A stretch of DNA of 64,000 nucleotides from Octopus vulgaris (taxonomy: Eukaryota), in contig OX597833.1 in assembly GCA_951406725.2 (NCBI GenBank), positions 59,334,001 to 59,398,000 on the forward strand, given 5' to 3'. The translations under genes and the position numbers were made by a program. The notes under the pieces were generated by a model. It had not been told where the DNA came from and did no database searches. It was given only the letters and a program-made list of their open reading frames with translations. Below, one piece after another: positions 43,191 through 56,102 of the stretch. Within the stretch, counting starts at the first letter, position 1; each line of letters begins with the position of its first letter.

Positions 43191-45166
43191 TACCCTTGCT
43201 TCCACCACATGTTAACTCCCACATTGTATCCTATCAACATGTTACCCCTCAGTGTATCCCATATAAACCCAGCAGTTTCTTATTTTTCATTCATTTTTGT
43301 TGTTTCATTGTTTCTTTTTTCTACTTTTGTTGAGTTATTTTGAGATTTTTTGATTATTTACTGTCTCCATAACAACCTAACACTTAGAGTGAGGAGAGCT
43401 CTATAGCAAGGGTCGTAACTCTCTAAAGACCTCATTTGGTTTCCGTCATTGTTTCAATATATTGCTCCATGTTTACAGCTGCCATGCTTGAGAAACCCTA
43501 CTCTATATTCCATTGCCATGTTTAGCCACTGCTTCATCAACAACTGCTACATGTTTTATCAAATCTGCTTGCTCTCTGCTGTGCTACATGCATGCTCAAC
43601 TCCACAAGCATGTACTTCGGCCCTTCATCATCTTCATGTTAACATGTATGCTTCATGTTTGTCTTATACAAATCATCTCATCAACCATCAACAATCCCAT
43701 ATTTAACTTCCTTGCTACATGTTCAGCCTCCTTGCTACATGTTCAGCCTCCTTGCTTCCTGTCTCACCTCATTGCTCCATGTTTCACATCATGGCTCCAT
43801 ATTTCACCTTACCTGTTCTATGTCTGATGCTACAACCCTGCTGATCTGCTCAATATGGCCTGTTGTGTTCAAGCTTGTTTATTTACATTGCATTTTCTCC
43901 CCCTTTTAACGCTGTCTTATCCATGTTCTTACCCCATAAATAGTTCCAGCCAATAGGCTGTAGGAATACTGGAGCACCAGTATTTTGTTGTTCATGGTAT
44001 CTTAAGTAATGCAGGATGAAGGAACTGCTTCCTCGCTATAGTATAGGTTCATGTGGGACCTTACATGATAAAATGTCTGCTTTATATAAATTCCTTTGGG
44101 CTTTAGCTGTGGACCTTTCAATCCCAACTTATTGTAGTGTTTTGTCCTAGCTCTGGACAGAGAGCTTGAGATATCTTTAACCATATTTTTCTCCTTCTCA
44201 CATCAAATAAGTTCCATATTCATATAACATGTTTAACCATCTCTGCCACATGTATAAAAAATATCTGCTCTTTTATTACTTATCAACCATCTCTGCTGCA
44301 TGTGTAAAAATGCCTGCTTCCTCTTTAATTACTAATCATCTCTGGATCATGTATAAATATACCTGCTCCTTTATTATCCATCTCTGTCATATGCTTAATC
44401 CCAACTTACTTCACTATTTGGTCTACATGTTACTAGACCTACATCATGTTCCATCATGTCTAACTTGCTTCTTCTCTATGCTTCAATACATCCAACTACG
44501 TTCTCCACTAAATCTGCTAATAGCCTGTTCCATGTTTATTCACAACTCTATCCATGATTAACAATACCATGCTTCAATTTGTCCATGTTTAGATTGTTGC
44601 TAAAGTGTAACTGCTTTTCCATGTTCTGTCACATGGTTTTTTTTTTTTTTATCATCACCGCCCCAACCCCTTTCTACTGTCAATGTTTACCCATGTTCAG
44701 CTACATGTTCAGCTCCTTCTTAGTGCTTAACTGACTCTGTTCTATAATATTTATATGCTACCCTTGTATATACAATATTCTGCTTCATGTTTGACAATGT
44801 TTTCTACATATATTTAACCATGTAAGCTTTTTTATTTGACTGTGCCTACTTCATGTATAACCCTGCAATTTTCTATGCTCCAAACATATCTGCTTCATGT
44901 ATAATGATGTTGTGTGTTGTATTTAACTATGACAGCTTACTTGCTTCAGAACACTTGCTTTCTCTTTTATCCATGAGTAAGATGGACTTACTTGCCAAAG
45001 AGTTACATCATATTGCAATTTGAATGAAATCGTATTTATATTTGTGACAGGATTGCCTTCATGTAATATGACACACCATCATGTTTTGTAACAATGCACT
45101 CGTCATATTTTGTTACAAACAATGTTTTGTGACAAAGATATGTATATATATATATATATATATATA

Positions 45167-45641
45167 CGTTTAAATATTTGTTGTGCAAGATTTTTTATGT
45201 GAAGTCATGTGTTGAAACAGATATTGTTATATTTCGGAATGGTCATATTGCCAGTTTAGCCAATAAAAACACACGCACTATATATTTGGTGTTATTTTGC
45301 TTCAGTGATATTTATTTTTTGCATTAATCTTAATCTTATTTCGGCCAAAGTTCTTTCGTCACACTCCTGTGACCGCATCAGTGGTCCTTTGTTTTCTTCT
45401 CACTTATTTGTGTCTCTCCTTACTAACCGTCAGCCATTAGTTAGTAAGGAGAGACACAAATAAGTGAGAAGAAAACAAAGGACCACTGATGCGGTCACAG
45501 GAGTGTGACGAAAGAACTTTGGCCGAAATAAGATTAAGATTAATGTAAAAAATAAATATCACTGAAGCAAAATAACACCAAATATATAGTGCGTGTGTTT
45601 TTATTGGCTAAACTGGCAATATGACCATTCCGAAATATAAC
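45167..45641. mobile_element. Near-perfect 202-bp-arm palindrome in (TA)n with 5' tail (45167-45225), putative Penelope-like remnant
   Basis: Arms 45226-45427 and 45440-45641, 12-nt loop, one mismatch seen by eye. Confidence 0.8.
45480..45524 (+). ncRNA. Putative minimal type-I hammerhead ribozyme (mirror copy on minus strand 45343-45387)
   Basis: GGACCA-CUGAUGC-G-GUCACA(GGAG)UGUGAC-GAAA-GAAC-UU-UGGCC: stem I, core, stem II and GAAA are correctly ordered; position 9 is C rather than A. Confidence 0.55.
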
Positions 45642-45724
<83 letters not shown>

Positions 45725-45835
45725 GTATATGTATATGTATGTATATATAAATATATATATATGTGTATATGTATATATATATATATGTAACATGGTTGAC
45801 TCTATTATGTTTTATGACAAGACTAAATTGTTTTA

Positions 45836-46050
45836 AGACGAGCTGGCAGAAATGTTAGCACACCAGGTGAAATGCTTAGCGGTATTTCGTCTGTCTTTAC
45901 ATTCTGAGTTCAAATTCCACCGAGGTTGACTTTGCCTTTCATCCTTTCGGGGTCGATAAATTAAGTACCAGTTGCATACTGGGGTTGATCTAATCAACTG
46001 GCCCCCACCTCCCCAAAAATTTCGGACCTTGTGCCTAGAGTAGAAAAAAA
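45836..46050 (+). mobile_element. SINE family B, variant tail
   Basis: B head and core, tail ccttgtgcctagagtagaaaaa. Confidence 0.8.
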
Positions 46051-46574
46051 AAAAGATTAAATTGTTTTACTATAAAAGAAACTATATTTTACAAGGTGAT
46101 GTTTTTTACATGTTTGTTATACAGCTGTTTCATAGTAACATTATTCACATTTTTGGTGACAGTGCAGCATTTATATTTTGTGGCAAGACAGAATTTCTAT
46201 TGTCTAAAAGATTTATCTCTAAATTGTCTGGCCCAGCTTTTTAATACATTGTACAATAAGTTAACATAGGTACAAGCATGGCTGTGAGGTAAGAAGCTTG
46301 CTTCCCAACCACATGGTTTCAGGTTCAGTCCCATTGTGTGGCACCTTGAGCAAGTGTCTTTTACTATAGCCCCAGGACGACCAAAGCCTAATGAAAGAAT
46401 TTGGTAGACAGTAACTGAGAAAAGCCTGTCGTATATATAAATATACCAGCTGGCCCCGTACCGTCAAAAATGATGGCTAATTGTAGTATTTTATATATAA
46501 ATATGGCTGGTAATTTAAATTCATACGCTTGTCAATGTTATCCAGTGGTTGTCTTTTGAGAGTGGGCATCTCTT

Positions 46575-46796
46575 TACTCTCTCTCTCTTTTACTCTTTTC
46601 AGTCATTTGATTGCAGCCATGCTGGAGCACCGCCTTTAATCGAGCAAATCGACCCCGGGACTTATTCTTTTGTAAGCCCAGTACTTATTTTATCGGTCTC
46701 ATTTGCTGAACCACTAATGTAACGGGGACATAAACACACCAGCATTGGTTGTCAAGCAATGCGAGGGGGACAAACACAGACACACAAACACACACA

Positions 46797-46842
<46 letters not shown>

Positions 46843-47008
46843 TACGACGGGCTTCTTTTCAGTTTCCGTCTACCAAATCCACTCACAAGGCTTTGGTCGG
46901 CCCGAGGCTATAGTAGAAGACACTTGCCTAAGGTGCCATGCAGTGGGACTGAACTCGGAACCATATGGTTGGTAAACAAGCTACTTACCACACAGCCACT
47001 CCTGCGCC
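46575..47008 (-). mobile_element. SINE family A
   Basis: Full reverse-complement copy. Confidence 0.88.
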
Positions 47009-47867
47009 TCATTTCTTACTGAAAGAACGCTAGTTCACACATACAAACATTCACATACTTATCTTTTACACACACATACACACATATACTCACACAGAGC
47101 TGAAACACTCCCACTACCAGTCTGCCATCACCTCTTCCTTTTTTATCCATCTATCACCCCTTCCTTTCTCATTCATGTGTTGTGACGGAGAAAAACACAA
47201 GAGTGCTATTATAGTCGATATCTGTGCGTGCATCTTTGTATTAGTCCCTCACCATCACTTGACAATGGGTGCTGGTTTGTTTACATCCCTGTAACTCAGT
47301 AGTCTGAGAAAAAGTGACCACTAGAATAAGTACCAGGCTTTAAAAAAATAAATATATACTTGGATTGATCTGTTTGACCAAACCTAGAATGGCCGTAGTC
47401 CAAAGACTGAAATGAGTAAAAGATAGAAGACAAAGGATTAACTATTCCGACATGGTTATGGTTATTGTATCAGAGGTGTCCCTCTCTCAATCTGTAACAA
47501 GATTGTTCAGTAACACTGTGATTGTGACAGATGTTTCTTTTAATCTTACAAGGTTGTTGTGACACAGATATCTCTTTTATTCTGTAACGTGGTTGTCGTG
47601 ACAGAGGTGTGTCTTTTATTCTGAAACAAAATGGCTGTTTTACTAAGTTATGCTAACAAGCTGGTCCATATATTAACTTAGCGATTATATAGTTTTACAC
47701 TAATTTATATTAACTAATTTATATTATAATTTATATATTATATTATACAGTGTTATTACTGTGTTATACTAAATTATACCAACTTAAAGTGTTTATACAG
47801 TATTGTACTACATCATAGTAATAGGGTAGGTATAGTGTTATACTAAGTTAGTAGTGTTATACTATAA

Positions 47868-48245
47868 CTAGCAGTATCGCCCGGCGTTGCTCAGGTTTGT
47901 AAGGGAAATAACTATAAAGCATTTTTAGAGAGTTATAGCCAAAAAATAGCAAAAAAAATGGGAAAATGATGGTAAATTTTTTTTGAGTTAAAAAAGGTGG
48001 AGTTGCGTCCCCTAGAAGGTCTGTGGTTTGGGTTTCTGATTCTCGACCCCATGTCGAATTTATCGATTTTTTTCAGAACTGGGGGAACTTTTCAAAATTT
48101 TCGCTGCGTTAGTTTTGAATTATGACATTGGGCTATGTGTGTGTCAAGTTTCATCAGAATCGGTTGAAAGCCGTGGTCAGAGTGAGGGTACGAGAAAACA
48201 GACACACAGAAAACGCACAGACAAACTGCCGTTTATATAGAGAGA
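47868..48245 (-). mobile_element. Non-autonomous Helitron
   Basis: Minus strand: A|TCTCTCTATATAAA 5' end, subterminal hairpin cctgagcaacgccggg, CTAG|T 3' end. Confidence 0.85.
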
Positions 48246-48402
48246 TAAATCAGGTTTATAAAGTAATCTAAATCTCAAGGTTAAACTGTTTGTGTGTATG
48301 TGTATATGTGTGAATATATGTTTGCATGTATATGTGAGAATATACAGGGTGCATCTGTTCTTTTTCCATGTATTTATGTGAATGTGTGTGTGTGTGTGTG
48401 TA

Positions 48403-48494
48403 CAGGGTGCGGTGAATAAACTGTTATCTAAATTATGCAAAAATGAAAATAACATAAAAATATGAAATGGCGACAATTTACCCACTGCACCCTG
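48403..48494. mobile_element. 92-bp Tc1/mariner-type MITE
   Basis: TA|cagggtgcggtgaataaactgt ... acaatttacccactgcaccctg|TA. Confidence 0.8.
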
Positions 48495-49279
48495 TATATA
48501 TATATTTTGTGTGTGTGTATATGCATTTGTAAAAATATATTTGTGCTTTTGTATATGTAATATGTGTATCTCTATAGAGTGCTTATGTATATGTAAGTGA
48601 GCATGTGTGTGTGTATGTATGTATGCCTGTGTATGTGTGTATGCCTGTGTATGTGTGTATGCCTGTGTATGTGAGGCGGGGTGTTTAGCTAGATGTTTGT
48701 GAAGAGACAAGACATATTAGAGAGAGGTGGGGAGAGAGCGAGAGATGTTGTTACTGTCAATGGCCTCTGACTGACAGTACAACATTGGTTTTATGTTCCC
48801 TCACTGAATGAAACACGTTAGGTTGAGGGAAGGAGGGAGTGAGTGGTGAAAGATGGATCAAAGATGTATTTGGTAATAGTTTAAGTAAGAACTGAAAGTA
48901 TTAGAACATTGACTGACAGCAGAAGAGATGAGGGAAGAATGGGATACATGAAAACATGTTGGGTTACAAAGCCATTTAGCCCTTCATGTCATGAAAATAC
49001 TGACAAGAAAAATGTGTTGCTATTGATGATGATAATGTCGTCGTCGTCAAAGTCGTCATCGTCAAAGTCATCAAAGTCGTCAAAGTCATCAAAGTCGTCA
49101 AAGTCATCAAAGTCGTCAAAGTCGTCGTCGTCAAAGTCGTCAAAATCGTCATCAAAGTCGTCAAAGTCGTCGTCAAAGTCATCATCGTCGTTGTTGTTTG
49201 GCCACAGGTCAACCATGATTAAATAGACACACCTAACCAGTTTGAATATAAAACATGTAGAATATTTGGGCCAGATATC

Positions 49280-49470
49280 ACCTTGACTGACCAGTCCGTC
49301 AGGCGTCCATTTGACACCGCTGATCACAGCACGCTGTCCACTCCTCTCTGGATCGCACCTTTCTCATCCACGTGATCCCAATCGTCCTCCTGAAATTGTA
49401 ACTCCACCGTCGTGGAGGTCTTCCGGGTGGTCTTTTCCGCTCACGCGTGTACCACTCGACAACTGCATGC
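49280..49470 (-). mobile_element. RTE-clade LINE 3' fragment
   Basis: WYTRERKRPPGRPPRRWS...TWMRKVRSREEW matches the RTE C-terminal KRxxGRPxxRW...DRxxW motif. Confidence 0.75.
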
Positions 49471-50826
49471 ACGTGGCACACAAGAAAACCATCCGAACGT
49501 GGCCGTAGCCAGTACCGCATCGACTGGCCTCCGTGCTGTGGGCACGTAACAAGCACCATCCGATCGTGGCCGTTTGCCAGCCTCATCTGGCACCTGTGTC
49601 GGTGGCACATAAAAAACACCATCCGAGCGTGGCCGTTTGCCAGCCTCGTCTGGCACCTGTGTCGGTGGCACATAAAATCACCCACTACACTCTCGGAGTG
49701 GTTGGCGTTAGGAAGGGCATCCAGCTGTAGAAACACTGCCAGATCTGACTGGACTGGTGCAGCTTTCGGGCTCCCCAGACCCCAGTTGAACCGTCCAACC
49801 CATGCTAGCATGGAGAGCGGACGTTAAATGATGATGATGATGATGATGATATATATATATATATGTATGTGTGTGTATATGTTTGCGTGTCTGTGTTTGT
49901 CCCACTAACATCGCTTGACAACCAATGCTGATGTGTTTACGTTCATGTAACTTAGCATTTCGGTAAAAGGAGCCTGATAGAATAAGTACTAGGCTTACAA
50001 TAAGTCCTGGGGTCGATTTGCTCGACGAAAGGTGGTGCTCCAGCATGGCCGCAGTCAAATGACAGAAACAAGTGAAAGAGAATATTGTTTAGAATTCATC
50101 ATGCATTATCTCATGGCTTTGAGATTTTGATGACGATTGTTTATTTTTAGAATGACATTGTAGATGATGTGTGAGAGGCAAGATCCAGATGGTTTTGAAC
50201 ATAAAGCACATAGGATATTCTGGCTGGATATGGCCAGTTTAAATGCTAAAGAGTTAACTAATGCTGCAGAACTGGTGTAGAAAGAACTAAGTTTGTGGTT
50301 TGAAGTTCAAATCCTTTTGAGGTCAACTTCACTTTACCACAGTCTGGGGCTGATAAAATATATTCTAATATAAATTAAATGGAAACTATTCATTATTTCA
50401 TTCTGCTCTTCTTTATACTCTCATTCCTTATGCTAAACTAGAAATATAGCTTAGCCCTTAATAGGGCCTCTGTTGATGCCGGAAAGGTTAGCTATTCTGC
50501 TGGGGGCTTTTAATCATTCTAGGAAGCTCCCACTCTCAACGGTTCATATTCTATAAATATACTTTCGGATGAATTCCAATTCTCCTGCATCACTCATTTC
50601 CAGATTCAGACACTCAAACCCCAAACTCTAAAATAATTGTGAGATTTGAGACAATTTCAAAACACAACCCACTCCTGTTGTCCTGTGGTAACTATGGCAA
50701 TAGATCTCACACCTACAAAATATTCTAGAATGGCCTGTTTGTAATGTACTCCCCATCACTGTTCTTCAGAACCTTCAGTCTGATGTTCCTTGCAACAAGG
50801 AGAGAAACCATGTGGGTCATGATTAA

Positions 50827-51384
50827 CCCTTTAGTATTCATATTACTCGATCAAATATAATATTTATTTATTCACATTGTTTTAAATTAATCATGAATAA
50901 TTTTATAGCTTCAAGAATTAGATGTTGTGGTTATTTACTTTTAGAATGACATTGTAGGGTAGGTGTAAGTGGGTCAGATTTAGTCATTTTGGACATAACT
51001 CCACCTGTCTAACACCCGTGGACATATTTACAAAGTCAGAAAACAGCACAGCTCCCATTTTCACGCTGAGAGTTGCTGAAGCATGGAACAAACTGCCAGC
51101 ATCAGTTGTTAGTTGTCGGAGCACTGCATCCTTCAAAACTTTCATGCTTCCTGAGATTCGCCAACACTACACCTGATTTTCCCCTCCATACACACGCAAG
51201 CATGTATCTAACTCATACACTGTTCGCTTTCCAGACATTTGTACATTACTGCATATGCTTTATACGCACTTTTGACAAGTTGTGGTGCACTTGAACACTG
51301 AAAACAATAATTTCATTATTATATTATTATTATAAAGCTGGTGGAATATTTTGGCCAGATTTGGCCAGTTTAAATGCTAAAGGG
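50827..51384. mobile_element. piggyBac-type MITE with nested CR1 fragment
   Basis: TTAA|ccctttagtatt ... aatgctaaaggg|TTAA; a partial related copy at 50086-50257. Confidence 0.8.
50998..51332 (+). mobile_element. CR1 LINE 3' end (5'-truncated)
   Basis: TRGHIYKVRKQ / FTLRVAEAWNKLPASVVSCRSTASFK is the CR1 ORF2 C-terminus; the same 3' UTR and (ATT) tail occur at 37490-37600 (+) and 55838-55883 (-). Confidence 0.85.
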
Positions 51385-52601
51385 TTAAGATACTCCAGCA
51401 GAGCTACAGTACTCCTGTTACTGACAATACTCTTCTGGGGAGACCCTCATCACAACTGCAACTGCTCTATACAAGATTTTGTCGGGCTTCATCTAGAAGT
51501 CAGGAGAATCAGCACACCCAGGTGCTGATAGAGTCCACCTAGCAACACCGTTGCACTCCACCTAACAAGAACATCATATCAGACAACCACATCATCACAG
51601 GTAACAACAACAACAACAACTTCATCATCACAAGCAACAACAACAACATCACAGGCAACAACAGAGTTATTAGCAAACCTGTCCAATTTGTGCAACAAAC
51701 AAATAAAATGGATGTAAAAGATTTTTTAAAAGAAAAGGAAACAAAAAAAGCGAATTGTTTCTGCTTTATTTTTACGAGTGTGTCTCATTTACTTGGTGCA
51801 GCTTTCAGCACATAATCTCTACATTAAAACAGAGTTAAGTATTATCACAGAAAACACCACCAGTTAAACTACTTTCTTTAATTATCAGCAACTGTCTTGT
51901 CTTTTCCTTCTCGGTCAATCCTTCAGCATCTCACTTCTCTCTTTAATTATAAGCAACTGTTTTGTCATACTTTTTCTCCTCAGTCATCATCTCTTCCTCT
52001 TTTCTCTTCTTAGTTTTGTTTTCTTCTCCATCCTCCTTTTCTGTCTCTTCTACATGTCTTCCTCTTCTGTCTTCTGTCATTGATTTCCGCAGTCGTCATC
52101 ACAGTCTGAATTCTTTCTGTAGATTTATGCTGTGTTCATCATAAATTGTCTATTATTCAGCAGAAACAAAAGTAGGGTTGCAAGGAAACAGACCAGGGGA
52201 CCACAGAGATTTGCTGTATTCTCTGTACTATTTATCAAATAGGGAACGGTCAACAAGAGCTTAATGTAATACATTGTTAATACAGGGAAGGTCACAATAG
52301 AAAAACATTTGCCCTAATATCCAAACATCATACACATATATGCAAAGACAGACATCTACATATATGAAAAACAGTGACGTGACAAGTAGCTGTAATCTAT
52401 GTTGTACTTCTATCTATATAATAGCATATTTTATTTAAGTAGTTTTATACTGATAGCAGTGTATATTTATGAGTTATCACATGTTAGCAATATTGACATG
52501 ATATATGATCGAGATATGACATGTTTCCAATACTGTGTACTCTTTCTAAATAATATTTTGTTGTAGCATGCAATGTTTAATAATCTATGTAATATTTTCA
52601 G

Positions 52602-52668
52602 GCTACAGCCCGAGAGCAGATTTTAAAGGAACAAGAAAGACGAAACACTTTGACAGTGTCGGAAGGAG
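52602..52668 (+). CDS. Nav2: Nav2-like channel, DI-DII linker exon (ATAREQILKEQERRNTLTVSEG)
   Basis: ttttcag|GCT acceptor, GAG|gtcagt donor; 67 nt, phase 0 to 1, exactly bridging the phase-0 end of 4881-5015 and the phase-1 start of 56911 (G+AT = Asp). Confidence 0.82.
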
Positions 52669-53726
52669 GTCAGTTAATGTATCTCATATATGTGTGTGTG
52701 TGTGTATGTGTGTATGTTTATGTGTGTGTGTATGTGTGTATGTTTATGTGTGTGTGTCTATATATGTTTGTATGTCTATGTGTGCATGTGTCAATATATG
52801 CATGTGTGTGTCTATATGTGTGTGTGTGTGCATATGTGTATGTGTCTGTGTATATGTGTATATCTCTATGTGTGTGTGTGGCTATATGTGTGTGTATGTG
52901 TATGTGTGTGTGTGTGTAAAAAAAAATATGAAGTTGGAATATATATTGGTACTATTTATACCCCATTACATGTATTTCATTTGCTACTAGGAATTACAGA
53001 GTCTATATGTTAGATAGACATGGAAGGAATTTCCTATCAGAAACTCCTCGGATAGAAATTAAATTATATATATAATGTATGTATATATAAACATTTATAC
53101 ACATATATATAAACTCACATATATATGCGTGTGTGTGTGTATATATATATATACATATATATCTATATAGTGTATGTATGTATGTATGTATGTATGTATG
53201 TATGTATATATATATATATATACATACAGAGGATCAGAATCGAAATCGATCAATGGAAATTGCAGATGTGTTACCAGTGCCGGTGGCATGTAAGAGAACT
53301 TTCCGTTTCGCGACCGTTGCCAGCACCGCCCCGTTTCGTGTCCATTGCCAGCCTCGCCTGGCCCTCGTGCCGGTGGCACATAAAAAGCACCATCCGTTCG
53401 TGGCCGTTTGCCAGCTCTGTCTGGCACCAGTGCGGGTGGCACGTAAAAAGCACCCACTACACTCACGGAGTGGTTGGCGTTAGGAAGGGCATCCAGCCGT
53501 AGAAACACTGCCAGATTTGACTGGGCCTGATGAAGCCTTCTGGCTTCACAGACCCCAGTAGAACCGTCCAACCCATGCTAGCATGGAAAACGGACGCTAA
53601 ACGATGATGATGATGATGATATATATATATATATAAACATATATATACATATAAAAACATATATGTACATACATATATATATATAAACACACACATATAT
53701 AGATACACATACACACACATGCATAC

Positions 53727-53784
<58 letters not shown>

Positions 53785-53790
<6 letters not shown>

Positions 53791-54112
53791 TGTTGTGTCT
53801 GGGAGAGTCATTTTCTTTTTCTGCCTTATGATTTAACACACTCATAGGTAAAACTTCCACTTATTCCCTATTTTTATTTTCCTAAAATTTTCATTGCGTC
53901 TTGCAACCTTTTCAAATAGTCTTGCTAAAGGCTGCAAGATGCAAAGAAAATTTTAGGAAAATAAAAATAAGGAATAAGTGGAAATTTTACCAGTGAGTGT
54001 GTTAAATTATAAGGCACAAAAAGAAAATGACTCTCCCGAGACACAAACGAATATGCTTCAACACACAAACTCAAATAAAGGAATCTTGCAAACCAAATCC
54101 CAAACACGAAAT
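53785..54112. mobile_element. Fold-back element in (TA)n (about 127-bp arms 53785-53911 / 53927-54054, tail to 54112)
   Basis: ttgtgtctgggagagtcattttc...gaaaatgactctcccgagacacaa; tail resembles that of the 45167 element. Confidence 0.72.
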
Positions 54113-54939
54113 ATATATATATATATATAAAGTACAAAGTGAGAAATAGGGGTTATGAGTGTAACCCACTATGGGATATCATATATCCAATATACCAATA
54201 TGAATTGGTATTATCTGGAAGTTGATGATTGAAAGAAATCTATTCCTCCATTTTCTTATTTTGTATATATATATATATATATATATCTTACTCTAATAAT
54301 ATTTATGTTTTCATAATAAATATAATTACATTTATCTGTAAATATAATAAAATTTTCTTAAAGGCAGCCTTATTAGATTTCTGTCCATTCAATGTTGTAT
54401 ACTTCAAATGAGAAAGGTTTTCTAAGCCCTTGGTCTAGAACCTTCTTCTCTTGTCTAAAAGAAGCCATTGACTGTTACAGTCACGGCAAAACTAAAACTA
54501 TTTGAAGACAGGCGGAAATGAAAACAACTGACTTCAATATTTTCATTGATTGGTGATAAACAGAAAAAAGCAGACTGAGATGGAAGAGTGGAATAAATGG
54601 GGGTGGGGGTGGAGGAGGAGTAGTTGTGGTTATTTTGAGGTTTAGTCTGTTCAGAATATTGAAACCAAAAAATATAGAGCAACTACTCATGAGAAATCTT
54701 TATAAGATATTCTTATTTTTAAACTAACATTTTTTTAGAAATTTCCAACAAAGAAATATTTCAGACTGATATTGTTGGCAGCAGCGGAAGGAACAGAGAA
54801 TGGAGAAGTATTAAATTACAAATATATGCACTTGAAACAACTTCAGATTAAAATACTGGTGGTCTAAAATTTACAATGTGTATACAAATGTGGAACAGCA
54901 CTAGCTTTAATATCTTGTCAGAGAAACTTCTCCAAGAGA

Positions 54940-55588
54940 CTTACTCTTTTACTCTTTTACTTGTTTCAGTCATTTTGACTGCGGCCATGCTGGAGCACCG
55001 CCTTTAATCGAGCAACTCGACCCCGGGACTTATTCTTTTTTGTAAGCCCAGTACTTATTCTATCGGTCTCTTTTGCCGAACCGCTAAGTGACGGGGACAT
55101 AGACACACCAGCATCGGTTGTCAAGCAATGCTAGGGAGACAAACACACACACACGCATATATATATATATACATATATACAACAGGCTTCTTTCAGTTTC
55201 CGTCTACCAAATCCACTCACAAGGCTTTGGTCGGCCCGAGGCTATAGTGAGGCGGCGAGCTGGCAGAAACGTTAGCACGCCGGGCGAAATGCGTATCCGT
55301 ATTTTGTCTGCCGTTACGTTATGAGTTCAAATTCCGCCGAGGTCGACTTAACCTTTCATCCTTTTGGGGTCGATTAAATAAGTACCAGTTATGCACTGGG
55401 GTCGATATAATCGACTTAATCCGTTTGTCTGTCCTTGTTTGTCCCCTCTGTGTTTAGCCCCTTGTGGGTAGTAAAAGAAATTGAGGCTATAGTAGAAGAC
55501 ACTTGCTCAAGGTGCCACGCAGTGGGACTGAACCCGGAACCATGTGGTTGGTAAACAAGCTACTTACCACACAGCCACTCCTGCGCCT
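54940..55588 (-). mobile_element. SINE family A with nested family B (+, 55250-55481)
   Basis: TSD gaggctatagt on both sides of the B copy. Confidence 0.88.
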
Positions 55589-56062
55589 ATGCATGTTAAA
55601 AACACAGGACTTTGCTCAAAGAGACATGCTGGTCTTTGCTCAGAATGCTGGAGAATCTAAATGAAGTCCTTGTGTTTTTAACACAAAATTCCTTTTGGGA
55701 AGTTTCTCAGAAATAGAATATTACAACTAGTGTCGTTCCACATTTGTATGCATATAATGAATGTTCTACACATTGGTATAACTGTTTCCCATTTTGTTTA
55801 TAAATATAGATATATAATAATGAAATAAATATGTATATATAATAATGAAATTATTGTATACAGTGCTCAGGTGCATCACAACTATTGATACTATTTATAC
55901 ACCATTACATGTATTTCATTTGCTACTAGGAATTACAGAGTTTATATGTTAGATAGACATGGAAGGAATTTCCTATCAGAAATTCCTCGGATAGAAATTA
56001 AATAATATATATATAAATATATATATATACATAAAGAATCTTGCAAACCAAATCCAAAAACG

Positions 56063-56102
<40 letters not shown>

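Noticed and set aside
48989-49226. DDF / SSK repeat ORFs
   Set aside because: 9-bp tandem repeat (tcgtcaaag/tcatcaaag) with no exon signals.
51400-51715. Coding-looking CAA-rich stretch
   Set aside because: Stops in all + frames; low complexity.
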